Shown in pieces: positions 1 to 10,798 of a DNA stretch of 64,000 bases (position 1 is its first letter; every line of letters starts with the position of its first letter). Position numbers and translations under genes: made by a program. The notes below the pieces were generated by a model, which ran no database searches, was not told the origin of the DNA, and saw nothing but the letters and a program-made list of their open reading frames with translations. The stretch is from assembly GCA_038146865.1 (NCBI GenBank), contig JAYQSL010000006.1:45458-109457 (forward strand), in the 5' to 3' direction. The stretch is from Rhodospirillaceae bacterium (GTDB lineage Bacteria; Pseudomonadota; Alphaproteobacteria; MPNO01; UBA2964).

Positions 1-273
1 GTTGGTCTGTTCGCATTTATTATCCTACGGGTTATTGGCCAAGCACTAAGGGTAAATGACTTTTTTGTCCTTCTGGCTGTCTCGGGCCTAATTGTTCAGT
101 TTGGTCTCCAGGCATTCATTAACATGGCCTCCACACTTCGCTTGATGCCCACAAAGGGAATGACTCTGCCTTTCGTCTCGTACGGTGGATCTTCTTTATT
201 GGCTTGCGCCATATGCATCGGAATGGTGTTAGCACTTACGCGGCGACGCTTTAATACTGTAGGTCCAAGATGA
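1..273 (+). CDS. ftsW: Cell division peptidoglycan glycosyltransferase FtsW, 3' end (partial)
   Basis: Frame 1 reads ...QAFINMASTLRLMPTKGMTLPFVSYGGSSLL...TRRR, the SEDS signature; its TGA overlaps the murG ATG (ATGA). Confidence 0.93.
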   Translation, partial: VGLFAFIILRVIGQALRVNDFFVLLAVSGLIVQFGLQAFINMASTLRLMPTKGMTLPFVSYGGSSLLACAICIGMVLALTRRRFNTVGPR

Positions 274-1370
274 AAAAACGGGGGCTAATATTGATAGTGG
301 CTGGCGGAACCGGGGGACATGTATTCCCCGCAATTGCGCTAAATACAGAATTGCGAGATCGTGGATGGGAAACAAGTATCATAACTGATGCCCGTGGCCG
401 AAGGTTTACCAAGGTTGAAGATGGCACCCAAATTTATCAACTAACATCCGCCCGACCTGGAGGAACAATTATCAGCGGGCTTAAAAGAAGCCTATTTTTG
501 GGTATTTCCTTCATAAAAGCGATCATCTTGATAAAGCAACTTAACCCTAGCCTTGTTATCGGGTTTGGTGGATCAGCGACGATACCGAGTATCTTCGCTG
601 CAACACTTTTAGGCCACCCCTCTATCCTTCATGAACAAAATTCAATCCTGGGCCGGGCCAACAGGTTGCTTGCAAAATATGTTGATCTAATAGCGGTCGC
701 CTACCCAAACGTGCTTGGAATCCAACCCCGCCACCAGAGTAAAATCGTGATGACAGGTAACCCTGTTCGGGCGGAGATCAGAGCAGTCACCCATAAAAAA
801 GAGACAAACTCAAAACAAATTTTAGTTTTGGGGGGAAGCCAGGGCGCTCAAATATTCGGCCAAGTTATTCCAAAAGCTATCAAGCTTTTACCCAAAGACA
901 TAAGCAACAAAATCGTAATATATCAGCAGTGTCGGGACGAGGATATTGAAAACGTCAAGGCGGAGTATGCAAAGACTGCTGTAATTTCTAACCTCTCAAC
1001 CTTCTTTTCTAACATCCCAGAATTGATGGCAACCTCTTGCCTTATAATCTCGAGAGCAGGAGCTTCGACTATCGCAGAACTTAATGTAATTGGTCGCCCG
1101 GCAATCCTTGTCCCCTACCCAAGTGCTATGGACGATCATCAAACGGCAAATGCACTTAACATGACCAGATGCGGAGCCGGGTGGATGATTCCCCAAAAAG
1201 AGTTTGGTCCAATCGCACTTGCAGAACGTCTAACTGCCTGCCTTTCCTCATCAAATTTATTGCAATCAGCTTCTATCAGCTCGGCCAAAATAGGACAGCC
1301 CGATGCAACGCAAAAGCTTGCAGAGGCAATCGAAAATTTGTGCGGGTCTCCCACTAGGAGAACTTTATGA
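270..1370 (+). CDS. murG: Lipid I GlcNAc transferase MurG
   Basis: GGTGGHVFP, HEQN, GNPVR, GGSQGA, RAGAST and DDHQTANA motifs; dcw position. Confidence 0.97.
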   Translation: MKKRGLILIVAGGTGGHVFPAIALNTELRDRGWETSIITDARGRRFTKVEDGTQIYQLTSARPGGTIISGLKRSLFLGISFIKAIILIKQLNPSLVIGFGGSATIPSIFAATLLGHPSILHEQNSILGRANRLLAKYVDLIAVAYPNVLGIQPRHQSKIVMTGNPVRAEIRAVTHKKETNSKQILVLGGSQGAQIFGQVIPKAIKLLPKDISNKIVIYQQCRDEDIENVKAEYAKTAVISNLSTFFSNIPELMATSCLIISRAGASTIAELNVIGRPAILVPYPSAMDDHQTANALNMTRCGAGWMIPQKEFGPIALAERLTACLSSSNLLQSASISSAKIGQPDATQKLAEAIENLCGSPTRRTL

Positions 1371-2809
1371 AATCAATGCCAACAGAAATAGGAAAGCTGC
1401 ATTTTTGCGGGATCGGTGGCATCGGGATGAGCGGCATTGCAGAAATTTTGCATAATCTTGGTTATGAAATCCAAGGCAGTGACATAGCAGAGAATGCAAA
1501 CGTTGAGCGACTCCGTGGTTTGGGAATTTCTATCAAAACTGACCAACATGAAGAAAATATAGTTGACGCAGCTGTTTTGGTGATTTCTTCAGCTATTAAA
1601 TCAGACAACCCCGAACTGATTGCCGCGCGAAAAAGAATGATTCCAGTCGTTCGGAGAGCAGAGATGCTTGCAGAGCTCATGCGTCTCCGTTCCTCCATAT
1701 CTGTTGCGGGGACTCACGGAAAAACAACGACTACGTCTCTCATTTCGGCGCTTTTGGATAGCGGGGGATTGGACCCGACGGTCATTAATGGAGGGATTAT
1801 CAACGCTTATGGAACTAATGCTAGGCTTGGAAAGGGTGATTGGATTGTCGTAGAGGCAGATGAGTCTGATGGAAGTTTTATTAAATTACCTGCCAGGATC
1901 GCATTGCTCACTAATCTTGATGCCGAACATCTGGATCATTGGGGGTCCTTTGACGAACTAAAGGGAGCTTTCGGCGCATATATCCAAAATATTCCATTCT
2001 ATGGCTTGGCTGTTTTGTGCATCGACAGCTCAGAAGTGCAAGCAATTATTCCAAAGGTCTCTGACCGCAGGATAGTTACATATGGATTCAACCTACAGGC
2101 CGATGTCAGAGCTATAAATTTCAGGACAGGACAGGGTTCCAGCTTTTTTGATGTAACTCTCTCGGATCGCTGTAATGCTAGTAGATCGCTTATTCAAAAT
2201 ATATCCGTTCCCATGGCCGGAAAACACAATGCACAGAACGCTCTTGCAGCCATAGCTGTAGCCATCGAAGTAGGCGTAAGTGAGGAAGATATTCGAAAAG
2301 GCCTTCAAAACTTCTCGGGCGTAAGACGCCGTTTCACTCTAACAGGAACAGTTGCAGGGATAACCATAGTTGATGACTACGCACACCATCCGGTTGAGAT
2401 AGCCTCCACTCTCCAAGCTGCAAGATCTGTCTCTGAAGGTCGCGTGATCGCCGTCTTTCAACCTCATCGCTACTCCAGAATTAGGGATTTATTCCAGGAT
2501 TTCTGCATCTGTTTTAACGATGCGGACATCGTGATCGTATCTGATATTTATGCGGCGGGAGAAGTTCCGATAGAAGGAATAAATCGAGACTCCTTAGTTA
2601 AGGGTTTGATTTCTAACGGCCACAAGGGGGTGATTTCTCTCCAACAAGTCGCAGATTTGCCAGCTATTGTTGCTGAGAATGCAAGGGCAAAAGACTACCT
2701 TCTTTTCTTAGGGGCGGGCAATATTACTGACTGGGCCTGGCGAATTCCAAAACAACTTTCTGGTCATTTTGACAAACATAATGGATTTTCGGAGGGACAA
2801 CCGTCGTGA
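1367..2809 (+). CDS. murC: UDP-N-acetylmuramate--L-alanine ligase
   Basis: GIGGIGMSGIA, GTHGKTTTT, EADESDG and DDYAHHP motifs. Confidence 0.97.
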   Translation: MKSMPTEIGKLHFCGIGGIGMSGIAEILHNLGYEIQGSDIAENANVERLRGLGISIKTDQHEENIVDAAVLVISSAIKSDNPELIAARKRMIPVVRRAEMLAELMRLRSSISVAGTHGKTTTTSLISALLDSGGLDPTVINGGIINAYGTNARLGKGDWIVVEADESDGSFIKLPARIALLTNLDAEHLDHWGSFDELKGAFGAYIQNIPFYGLAVLCIDSSEVQAIIPKVSDRRIVTYGFNLQADVRAINFRTGQGSSFFDVTLSDRCNASRSLIQNISVPMAGKHNAQNALAAIAVAIEVGVSEEDIRKGLQNFSGVRRRFTLTGTVAGITIVDDYAHHPVEIASTLQAARSVSEGRVIAVFQPHRYSRIRDLFQDFCICFNDADIVIVSDIYAAGEVPIEGINRDSLVKGLISNGHKGVISLQQVADLPAIVAENARAKDYLLFLGAGNITDWAWRIPKQLSGHFDKHNGFSEGQPS

Positions 2810-3756
2810 CGGCAATCCCAAAAGATATCGCGATCGAGCAAATGCCGTCGGTAAGAGGTCGGCTCAGATGTAACTTCCCCATCTCTCGATCAACCTGGTT
2901 CAGAGTGGGCGGTAAGGCCCAGATGCTTTTTGAGCCCGCTGACACCGAAGATCTCGCAGAATTTCTTTACCTCTTAGACGCAAGTATTCCGCTGACAGTA
3001 ATCGGAGCAGCCTCGAATTTACTTGTTCGTGACGGAGGCATCCCTGGGGTTACCATCAGATTAGGCAAGGCATTTTCTAAAATATGCGTAAAAAAAACTA
3101 GTTCTAAGATAATTGCAGGCGGAAGCACAATAGGCGTTAAACTCTCCAGAAAAGCTGAGCAATCTAGTATGGCGGGACTAGAATTCCTCAGCGGGATTCC
3201 TGGTACGACCGGAGGGGCAATAAGAATGAATGCCGGTGCCTATGGCAGTGAAATGTCTGAAATCTTGATAAAGGCCACGGCGGTAAATCGTCGAGGGGAG
3301 ATCCTAAATCTTGAAAGAGGCAAGATGAATTTTTCCTATCGTAATAGTGGATGCCCTGATGATTTGATTTTCACCTCAGCTGTACTTTCTGGGCAACCCG
3401 AAGACCCAAAAAGTATAGAAAAAAGAATGCTGGAGATAACTTCAGCGCGTAATCGCAGTCAGCCGATCAGAACTCGCACTGGAGGAAGCACATTTAAGAA
3501 TCCACCCAATTCAAAAGCATGGAAACTAATTGATAGCGCTGGATGTCGAGGTCTAATGATAGGTCAAGCACAGGTCTCCCGTCAGCATTGTAATTTTCTG
3601 ATAAATCATGGACGTGCCACGGCTTCGGACCTCGAGGAACTAGGGGAAGAAGTGCGAAAGCGTGTGTTTGATACACACGGGGTTGATCTTGAGTGGGAAA
3701 TAAAGCGAGTGGGATTTAAGGATTCGTCTGTCACAAAAAATGGTCAATATTTATGA
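2806..3756 (+). CDS. murB: UDP-N-acetylenolpyruvoylglucosamine reductase
   Basis: WFRVGGKA, IPGTTGGAIRMNAGAYG, TGGSTFKNP and HCNFLIN motifs. Confidence 0.96.
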   Translation: MTAIPKDIAIEQMPSVRGRLRCNFPISRSTWFRVGGKAQMLFEPADTEDLAEFLYLLDASIPLTVIGAASNLLVRDGGIPGVTIRLGKAFSKICVKKTSSKIIAGGSTIGVKLSRKAEQSSMAGLEFLSGIPGTTGGAIRMNAGAYGSEMSEILIKATAVNRRGEILNLERGKMNFSYRNSGCPDDLIFTSAVLSGQPEDPKSIEKRMLEITSARNRSQPIRTRTGGSTFKNPPNSKAWKLIDSAGCRGLMIGQAQVSRQHCNFLINHGRATASDLEELGEEVRKRVFDTHGVDLEWEIKRVGFKDSSVTKNGQYL

Positions 3757-4682
3757 CCTTACGACTTCAAATAGGAGTTTTAATGGGGGGATCTTCTTCA
3801 GAGAGAGACATTTCCCTTCTAACAGGAAAAGCGGTGATATCCGCATTGCAAGATCTCGGCCATTTTGTTTTTAGCATTGATCCAATCTCTGGGGTAAAAC
3901 AAACAATTCAAACCTTGACTAAAAAAAAGCCCAATGTCGTCTTCAACGCACTGCACGGCCGCTTCGGAGAAGATGGAACTATACAGGGCCTGCTGGAACT
4001 TCTAAAAATTCCATATACCCATTCCCCAGTCCTGGCATCCGCAATAGCTATGAACAAGCCCACTGCTAAGCATTTGTTTCGGCAGGCTGGAATCCAATGC
4101 CCAGAACATCAGGTTGCAACCAAGAGTGAAATCTTGGACAGAGATATCCTTCCAAGACCCTATGTAATTAAGCCCTGCAAAGAGGGCTCCAGCATTGGTG
4201 TCAAAATCATATCTGACGGAACGACCCTTCCCCATTCGACAGATGATCTCTGGAAATATGGTGATGGCTTTATGGTGGAAAGATTTATTCCCGGTCGTGA
4301 ACTCACCGTGGCTGTAATGGGAGATAAAGCTTTAGGGATAACCGAATTACGCCCAAAGTCAGGCTTTTATGATTTTGAGTCAAAATACAGCGAGGGCAAA
4401 ACGAACCATATTATACCGGCTGACCTGCCGGCCTCGGTATCAAAAATAGCAATGGAGTCTGCGGTAAAGGCGCATAAAATATTGGGCTGCAAAGGTATTA
4501 CCAGGTCTGATTTTCGTTACGACGATCAACAAAGCGGAGCCGACGGACTATATCTGCTAGAACTAAATACACAGCCCGGTTTAACGCCGTTATCTCTCGT
4601 CCCGGAGCAAGCTGCATACGCTGGAATTTCATTTCATGATTTAGTCGAGTGGATGGTGGAGAGTGCTACATGCGACTATTGA
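3753..4682 (+). CDS. ddl: D-alanine--D-alanine ligase
   Basis: GGSSSERDISL, ALHGRFGEDG, EGSSIG and LELNTQPG motifs. Confidence 0.96.
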   Translation: MTLRLQIGVLMGGSSSERDISLLTGKAVISALQDLGHFVFSIDPISGVKQTIQTLTKKKPNVVFNALHGRFGEDGTIQGLLELLKIPYTHSPVLASAIAMNKPTAKHLFRQAGIQCPEHQVATKSEILDRDILPRPYVIKPCKEGSSIGVKIISDGTTLPHSTDDLWKYGDGFMVERFIPGRELTVAVMGDKALGITELRPKSGFYDFESKYSEGKTNHIIPADLPASVSKIAMESAVKAHKILGCKGITRSDFRYDDQQSGADGLYLLELNTQPGLTPLSLVPEQAAYAGISFHDLVEWMVESATCDY

Positions 4683-5515
4683 GAAAGACCAATAGACAGC
4701 TGTCACTTGCCCAGCACGGCCCTAATAAACGCCTAGGAGTAATCAAAGTTAAGCTATCAAAACCCGTAATTCTTTTATTAGCCATCAGCTCATTTATCTT
4801 CATTTCATGGCATTATGGCTTGGTTAATCAAGTTAAGGTTGCATCATATTCCTTTCTAATTAAAGCCAGCATCCAATCAGGTTTTGTTGTTGACGATATT
4901 TCTTTAATTGGTCGGGTCAACACGAAAAGGGGTGAAATAATAGGGGCAACAAAAGTTACCCCAGGGCAGTCCATTTTAGAAATTAACCCGAAAAAGATTC
5001 AATCGAGCATTGCAAAACTACCCTGGGTTGAGTTTGCCATCGTGCAGCGCTATCTGCCGAACAAACTTGTCATTAGGATATCAGAACGTCAGCCAATTGC
5101 TATTTGGCAAAAAGATGCGAACCTTGCCTTGATTGATCATAAGGGTCACTTGATCAAAGTTTCCGATTTGCGCCCTTTCCGCCGACTACCAACCCTTGTT
5201 GGCAAAGATGCCCCGGTTAAAGCATCTAAGCTTATGAATTTATTAACCACCGAACCTGAACTATCAAAGCTGGTTGTTGGCGCAACCTGGATTGGCGGTC
5301 GGCGCTGGAATGTGAACTTAAGGGGTGGCATTAAAATTCTGCTTCCAGAAATAGAACCAAGGCAAGCATGGAAATTGCTCGCAGGGTTAAATGAAAAATA
5401 CACGCTGCTCGCGCGCGACATAAATATTATCGATTTGCGCCTGCCGGATCGAATAATTGTCAAGATGGGCCCTCACGGCCGCCAATTAATCAAGAAAGCT
5501 GGAAAGAGTACATGA
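4670..5515 (+). CDS. ftsQ: Cell division protein FtsQ
   Basis: One N-terminal TM helix, POTRA-like LPWV..A.VQRYLP, RRWN and IDLRLPDR; lies between ddl and ftsA. ATG 4670 is the preferred start. Confidence 0.9.
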   Translation: MRLLRKTNRQLSLAQHGPNKRLGVIKVKLSKPVILLLAISSFIFISWHYGLVNQVKVASYSFLIKASIQSGFVVDDISLIGRVNTKRGEIIGATKVTPGQSILEINPKKIQSSIAKLPWVEFAIVQRYLPNKLVIRISERQPIAIWQKDANLALIDHKGHLIKVSDLRPFRRLPTLVGKDAPVKASKLMNLLTTEPELSKLVVGATWIGGRRWNVNLRGGIKILLPEIEPRQAWKLLAGLNEKYTLLARDINIIDLRLPDRIIVKMGPHGRQLIKKAGKST

Positions 5516-5516
5516 G

Positions 5517-6788
5517 GTGGTCAGGAGAATAGTCATGGGCAGAGCTGGAAAAACACGAACTGGACTCGTAGCTGCACTGGATGTTGGAAGTAGCAAAATT
5601 TGCTGCTTAATCGCTCAAGCCCACAATAATGGTGCCATACGTATTGCTGGGGTGGGGCATCACGCGTCACTGGGCATCAAAAGTGGAGCGATTATCGATA
5701 TGGCGGCGGCCCAAAACTCTATATTGACTGCTGTTAGTGCTGCAGAGGAGATGGCGGGAGAGAGAATTCAGGAAGTGATCTTATCCGTCGCGGGGGGCAG
5801 CCTTGCCTCACAAAACTATAGCGCCAAATGTTCAGTTTCAGGCAAAGAAATATCTGAAAATGAAATACGTAGGTTGCTCGCTCGCGCAGGAGAAATTGAC
5901 CAACCTATTGATCGAGAGCTACTGCATTGCTTTCCAGTGGGATATATCGTCGACGGCACCAGGGGAGTCAGAGATCCACGAGGTATGTTTGCTGAGGAAC
6001 TTACTGCAAACATGCATTTGGTAACAGCGAGAGCGGCTGGTTTACGAAACCTCGCGAGCTGCATCGAAAGATGCCACCTCGACATTGAATGTGCCGTTGC
6101 TGCCCCGTATGCATCAGGTCTTGCCTGTTTAGTAGAAGATGAGATCGACCTCGGGGCCACCATTATTGATATGGGGGGAGGGACCACATCGATCGCAGTA
6201 TTTTATGACGGAGCCCTAATTTTTACTGATAGCATCGCCCTAGGTGGACAGCATGTTACAAATGACATAGCCCGTGGTTTATCGACTCCCCTCACTCAGG
6301 CTGAGAGGATGAAGACCCTCTATGGTTCTGCAATCATATCTTCTTCTGATGAACTGGAAGTTATAGATGTCCCTCTTATAGGGGAACAGACCTCGGCCCG
6401 ACCCAATCATGTTCCAAGGTCTCTTTTGAATGGTGTCATTAGACCGAGGCTGGAAGAAACTTTCGAAATCATTAGAGCTAGATTGGATCAAGCTGGTTTA
6501 ACTAAGACTGCAGGCAGGCGACTGGTGCTCACTGGTGGGGCCAGCCTACTTGCCGGGGTTTCAGAACTGGCCGGACTGGTCATGGAAAAGAAGGTTCGTA
6601 TTGGACGACCGTTGAGAGTAAGCGGCCTGGCAGATGCAACTAGCGGCCCGGGATTTTCTGCTGCAGCTGGTCTGTTGCGCTTCGCGGTTGAGAAATATAC
6701 GGATGATACCGACCCTGCAGACATGGCTCCTGCGCGTTCCGGCATGCGTTTTGGCCGGCTGGGGCAATGGATTAGGGAAAATTTCTAG
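5517..6788 (+). CDS. ftsA: Cell division protein FtsA
   Basis: LDVGSSKICC, IDMGGGTT, AERMKTLYG, VLTGGAS and a C-terminal amphipathic WIRENF; the start may be ATG 5535. Confidence 0.96.
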   Translation: MVRRIVMGRAGKTRTGLVAALDVGSSKICCLIAQAHNNGAIRIAGVGHHASLGIKSGAIIDMAAAQNSILTAVSAAEEMAGERIQEVILSVAGGSLASQNYSAKCSVSGKEISENEIRRLLARAGEIDQPIDRELLHCFPVGYIVDGTRGVRDPRGMFAEELTANMHLVTARAAGLRNLASCIERCHLDIECAVAAPYASGLACLVEDEIDLGATIIDMGGGTTSIAVFYDGALIFTDSIALGGQHVTNDIARGLSTPLTQAERMKTLYGSAIISSSDELEVIDVPLIGEQTSARPNHVPRSLLNGVIRPRLEETFEIIRARLDQAGLTKTAGRRLVLTGGASLLAGVSELAGLVMEKKVRIGRPLRVSGLADATSGPGFSAAAGLLRFAVEKYTDDTDPADMAPARSGMRFGRLGQWIRENF

Positions 6789-6866
6789 TGAACCGAATCT
6801 CTTCAAACTTGATTATGGGAGTCAGCCCTCTCTTGACGCTATTGTATTTCTTTCATGGAGATGAAT

Positions 6867-8633
6867 ATGACCATTAATTTTACTGCCCCAAAAGAAGACG
6901 CTCAACTAAAGCCCCGCATCACCGTTTTCGGCGTGGGAGGAGCGGGAGGAAATGCAGTCAATAACATGATTAACAACAGGTTAGACGGCGTTGATTTCGT
7001 TGTAGCCAATACCGACGCTCAGGCAATCGCCCAGTCCAACGCAGACCGCCAGATTCAGTTGGGAGCATCTATAACACATGGTTTGGGCGCAGGCGCTCGG
7101 CCCGATATGGGGAGAGCCGCCGCTGAAGAAGCCATAGACGAGATCACCCAGCACCTCAGTGGATCTCACATGGTATTTATTGCGGCCGGAATGGGGGGCG
7201 GTACAGGTACGGGAGCTGCCCCAGTGATAGCCCGGTTAGCAAGAGAACAAGGAATGCTCACAGTTGGTGTGGTGACCAAACCCTTCCAATTCGAAGGTAC
7301 TAACCGTATGAAAATTGCCGATGCTGGAATCGAAGAAATCCAGCAATTTGTAGACACTCTTATTGTCATCCCAAACCAGAATTTATTCCGAATTGCCAAT
7401 GAAAAAACGACATTCGCGGACGCTTTTGCTATGGCAGATGACGTTCTCCACTCTGGCGTAAGAGGCGTTACTGATCTTATGGTTGTCCCAGGGCTTATAA
7501 ATCTCGATTTCGCCGATATTCGGAGCGTAATGTCCGAAATGGGGAAGGCCATGATGGGAACAGGTGAAGCAGAAGGCGATGACAGAGCCAGGCTGGCGGC
7601 AGAGGCAGCAATTTCAAATCCGCTGCTTGACGATGTATCAATGAGAGGCGCGAGGGGTGTCCTGATAAATATAACCGGCGGCCAAGATATGACCTTGTTT
7701 GAAGTAGATGAGGCCGCAAATAGGATTGGTGAAGAAGTCGACACCGAGGCAAATATTATATTTGGTTCAGCGTTGGACCCAACACTTGAAGGTAAATTGA
7801 GAGTATCGGTCGTAGCCACTGGGATAGATATTGATGCACGCGCCCGGCCTCGACCAGTCCTTCAAATGGTTGATGAAAAACAGATCCAACCTTCAAACTT
7901 TTCAGCTAAAGCTGAGAGAAACACGCCTCCAAACCCAGATTTAGAGGACCTGATTGAAACAAAATCCAGCAGGGAATCTGAAACGGAACAAAACCATCAG
8001 CCGGCTTTCGGCGATTTGCCTCCAAACCGTGACCCCGCCTTTGCAACCAAAGAAAATTTCATACCGCCGGAACCCGTGGCGACTGAAAAAAAGTTAGAAA
8101 ATAAAATCTCTCCCGACCCATTTCGTGAAGCAGAATTGTTAAACTCCGCTTCGGCTAATGAGAATAAACGAGGTCCTTCCCTTTTACAGCGGATGACAAA
8201 AGCAGCCTGGCCACTTAGAGGTTCCGCGACCGAGGCTAAAATACAGGACAAACCACATGAGCAAAAATCATTAGGGGTAAATTCGGAACCTCCTAGAAAT
8301 ACAATTTCTCCCGAGGAAAAAATAGCAGGTTCAACGGAATCAGATGGTGAAGCAGCTGAAGATACCTTCTCTGTTGAAACACATTACCGGGATCAGGGAC
8401 TCGAGCCTGTAATAGATAAAACAAGTCACAATGTGAACCAAATGCTCGAGCCTAGTCTTAAGCATCAATCTTCGGAAAATTCTTCTTCTAAAAAACCAGA
8501 GGCCAAAACTTCTGAACGGGTATCAGAGCAGAAAAGCTTTGTCGGGATAACCAGAGAAAATACTAACTCATCTTCAGACGGCGAGGAGGATTTGCTAGAC
8601 ATTCCCGCCTTCCTAAGAAGGCAAGCAAATTGA
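6867..8633 (+). CDS. ftsZ: Cell division protein FtsZ with long C-terminal linker
   Basis: [16 protein letters not shown] tubulin motif, C-terminal [12 protein letters not shown]; GGAG RBS precedes ATG 6867. Confidence 0.98.
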   Translation: MTINFTAPKEDAQLKPRITVFGVGGAGGNAVNNMINNRLDGVDFVVANTDAQAIAQSNADRQIQLGASITHGLGAGARPDMGRAAAEEAIDEITQHLSGSHMVFIAAGMGGGTGTGAAPVIARLAREQGMLTVGVVTKPFQFEGTNRMKIADAGIEEIQQFVDTLIVIPNQNLFRIANEKTTFADAFAMADDVLHSGVRGVTDLMVVPGLINLDFADIRSVMSEMGKAMMGTGEAEGDDRARLAAEAAISNPLLDDVSMRGARGVLINITGGQDMTLFEVDEAANRIGEEVDTEANIIFGSALDPTLEGKLRVSVVATGIDIDARARPRPVLQMVDEKQIQPSNFSAKAERNTPPNPDLEDLIETKSSRESETEQNHQPAFGDLPPNRDPAFATKENFIPPEPVATEKKLENKISPDPFREAELLNSASANENKRGPSLLQRMTKAAWPLRGSATEAKIQDKPHEQKSLGVNSEPPRNTISPEEKIAGSTESDGEAAEDTFSVETHYRDQGLEPVIDKTSHNVNQMLEPSLKHQSSENSSSKKPEAKTSERVSEQKSFVGITRENTNSSSDGEEDLLDIPAFLRRQAN

Positions 8634-8849
8634 GATTTTTACAGACTAAAAAATAGAGGAGACCACACCCTAGGAACCTTATCATAATGAAATCGATAAC
8701 CGTAATATTCTGTAATAATAGGTGATTTGTATTAGCCGTGAAGACTCGTTAGGAACAAAATATAGACTATGTTCAAAAAATATTAAGTCGGCACACAGTT
8801 TAGATAATCAGTTATTAATCAAAGACGCAATTCCTCGTGATTTAGAAAA

Positions 8850-9830
8850 ATGTTGGATAGTATTACAGGCTTACCTTACAATAAGAGTCCGGACAGTCCG
8901 GTTGGAGAGCATAATGCCTGTTCTCTAGTGCAGCAGAAAACGCTGAGTAAACCAATAACGTGCCAAGGAATTGGCCTTCATACAGGTCGACAAATTACAA
9001 TGACTCTCCGTCCTGCCGAGGCAAACGCGGGGATTAACTTTCTTAGATCAGATATTGGAGCGGATGGTTTTGTGCCCGCTTCCTGGAAAAATGTCACAGA
9101 GACAAAACTTGCCACTACGATTTCAAACGAATCGGGACATCATATCACCACAATAGAACATTTGATGGCCGGTTTTGCAGGATGCGGAATTGATAACGCC
9201 CTAATAGAAATTGATGGTCCAGAAGTTCCGGCTATGGACGGCAGTGCACAACCCTTTGTAACCATGATAGAGAGTTCGGGCGTTCTGTTCCAAGAGGCTC
9301 CCCGTAAAGCAATAGTAATCAAAAAACCAATTAAAGTTGGAACTAAAAATAGTTTCATTTCTCTAATGCCTGCCTCCATGTTTGGAGTTTCTTTTGAGAT
9401 CGAATTCAATAACACGGCACTAGCCAAACAAAGTCTAGAAATGAAATTAGTTAACGGCACCTTTAAAGATGAAATAGCGTCGGCCCGAACTTTTGGCTTT
9501 GCCCATGAGGTTGATGCGATGCAAAAAGTAGGGCTTGCTCGTGGCGGCTCTCTCAAGAATGCTGTAGTCATCCAGGGTGATAACGTCCTCAACCAAGAGG
9601 GTTTACGTTACGAAAATGAATTTGTCCGGCACAAAATACTTGATTGTGTGGGGGATCTCTATTTGGCGGGTGCACCAATAATAGGCCAAGTTAATGCGGT
9701 GCGCTCGGGCCACGCCCTGAATCACGAATTGCTATGCACCTTATTCAGTAGACCTGACTCCTGGTGCTTTTCGCAACTTTCTGGGGCGGTGGTTCCAGGG
9801 ACTGGCACCCTTTCAGCGGATACCCACTGA
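8850..9830 (+). CDS. lpxC: UDP-3-O-acyl-GlcNAc deacetylase
   Basis: QKTL..GIGLHTG, TIEHLMA, RHKILDCVGDL and SGHALN motifs; the true start may be later (near 8928). Confidence 0.96.
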   Translation: MLDSITGLPYNKSPDSPVGEHNACSLVQQKTLSKPITCQGIGLHTGRQITMTLRPAEANAGINFLRSDIGADGFVPASWKNVTETKLATTISNESGHHITTIEHLMAGFAGCGIDNALIEIDGPEVPAMDGSAQPFVTMIESSGVLFQEAPRKAIVIKKPIKVGTKNSFISLMPASMFGVSFEIEFNNTALAKQSLEMKLVNGTFKDEIASARTFGFAHEVDAMQKVGLARGGSLKNAVVIQGDNVLNQEGLRYENEFVRHKILDCVGDLYLAGAPIIGQVNAVRSGHALNHELLCTLFSRPDSWCFSQLSGAVVPGTGTLSADTH

Positions 9831-9980
9831 TAAAAAAATCGGGGCTTCTCTAAATTTTCTTCCCAGATTACGTATGTGGTCTTTGTCAAACAGTTGCATC
9901 AACACTTTGAAAAAGTGAATAATCTTTGGCTTGTTTTGAACTTAGTAGTTTTGCCAGATTGGAAACGGAACGAAATTTCA

Positions 9981-10787
9981 ATGACACCATTCAAAAAGTT
10001 AGCGGCAGTTTTTCTGACAATATTTTTATCAGCCTGTAGCTCGTACGAAAAAGAAAACTATGTCGAGAGAAGCGTTGGCAAAATTTACAATAACGCGGCT
10101 CTAGCTTTAGAAAATCGCAATTGGATCGAAGCAAGTAGGCTCTTTGAGGAAGTGGAGAGGCAGCACCCCTATTCAAAATGGGCTACCAAAGCTAAACTTA
10201 TGACCGGATATGCTCAATATCAGGCCAATAATTACGCTAACGCGATTATTATCATCGACCGCTTTATCCAGCTCCACCCTGGTAACAAGAATACAGATTA
10301 CGCCTATTATTTGAAGGCTTTGAGCTATTACGAACAAATTTCTGATATTTCGCGGGACCAAATAAACACTACCCGGGCACTTCAGGCACTTAACGAAGTG
10401 ATCAGACGGTTTCCCGATAGTAAGTTTGCCCGAGATGCCCGCCTTAAGCGTGATCTCACAATTGATCACTTAGCCGGCAAGGAGATGTCAGTGGGCCGCT
10501 ATTATCAAAAAAGAGGTAATTACCTGGCGGCGATTAAGCGTTTCAAAGTGGTGACAGAAAAATACCAGATGACGACCCATACTGCGGAGAGTTTACATAG
10601 GTTAGTGGAGTGCTATCTATCTATTGGAATGAAGAACGAAGCACTGAAAGCGGCATCTGTACTAGGACATAACTACCCAAGCAGCAGCTGGTATTCTGAC
10701 TCATATTCACTTCTGAAACCTTCTGTTTCTAACGCAAAAGAAAAAAGCCAAACGCGTTTGGAACGCGCCTGGAATTGGCTGTTTTAG
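9981..10787 (+). CDS. bamD: Outer membrane assembly lipoprotein BamD
   Basis: Lipobox LSAC after MTPFKK; TPR-like motifs HPYSKWA, RDQ and LGHNYP; lpxC-bamD-recN synteny. Confidence 0.93.
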   Translation: MTPFKKLAAVFLTIFLSACSSYEKENYVERSVGKIYNNAALALENRNWIEASRLFEEVERQHPYSKWATKAKLMTGYAQYQANNYANAIIIIDRFIQLHPGNKNTDYAYYLKALSYYEQISDISRDQINTTRALQALNEVIRRFPDSKFARDARLKRDLTIDHLAGKEMSVGRYYQKRGNYLAAIKRFKVVTEKYQMTTHTAESLHRLVECYLSIGMKNEALKAASVLGHNYPSSSWYSDSYSLLKPSVSNAKEKSQTRLERAWNWLF

Positions 10788-10798
10788 TTGGTCAAACG

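Noticed and set aside
7166-7819. 217-aa antisense ORF in ftsZ and similar shadow ORFs (9140-9592, 30189-30638, 60998-61417, 62200-62670)
   Set aside because: They lie antisense to well-conserved genes and have no recognisable motifs.
10761-10775. Alphaproteobacterial LexA-like box GAAC-N7-GAAT before recN
   Set aside because: It has one mismatch and lies within bamD coding sequence, so it is too weak to call.
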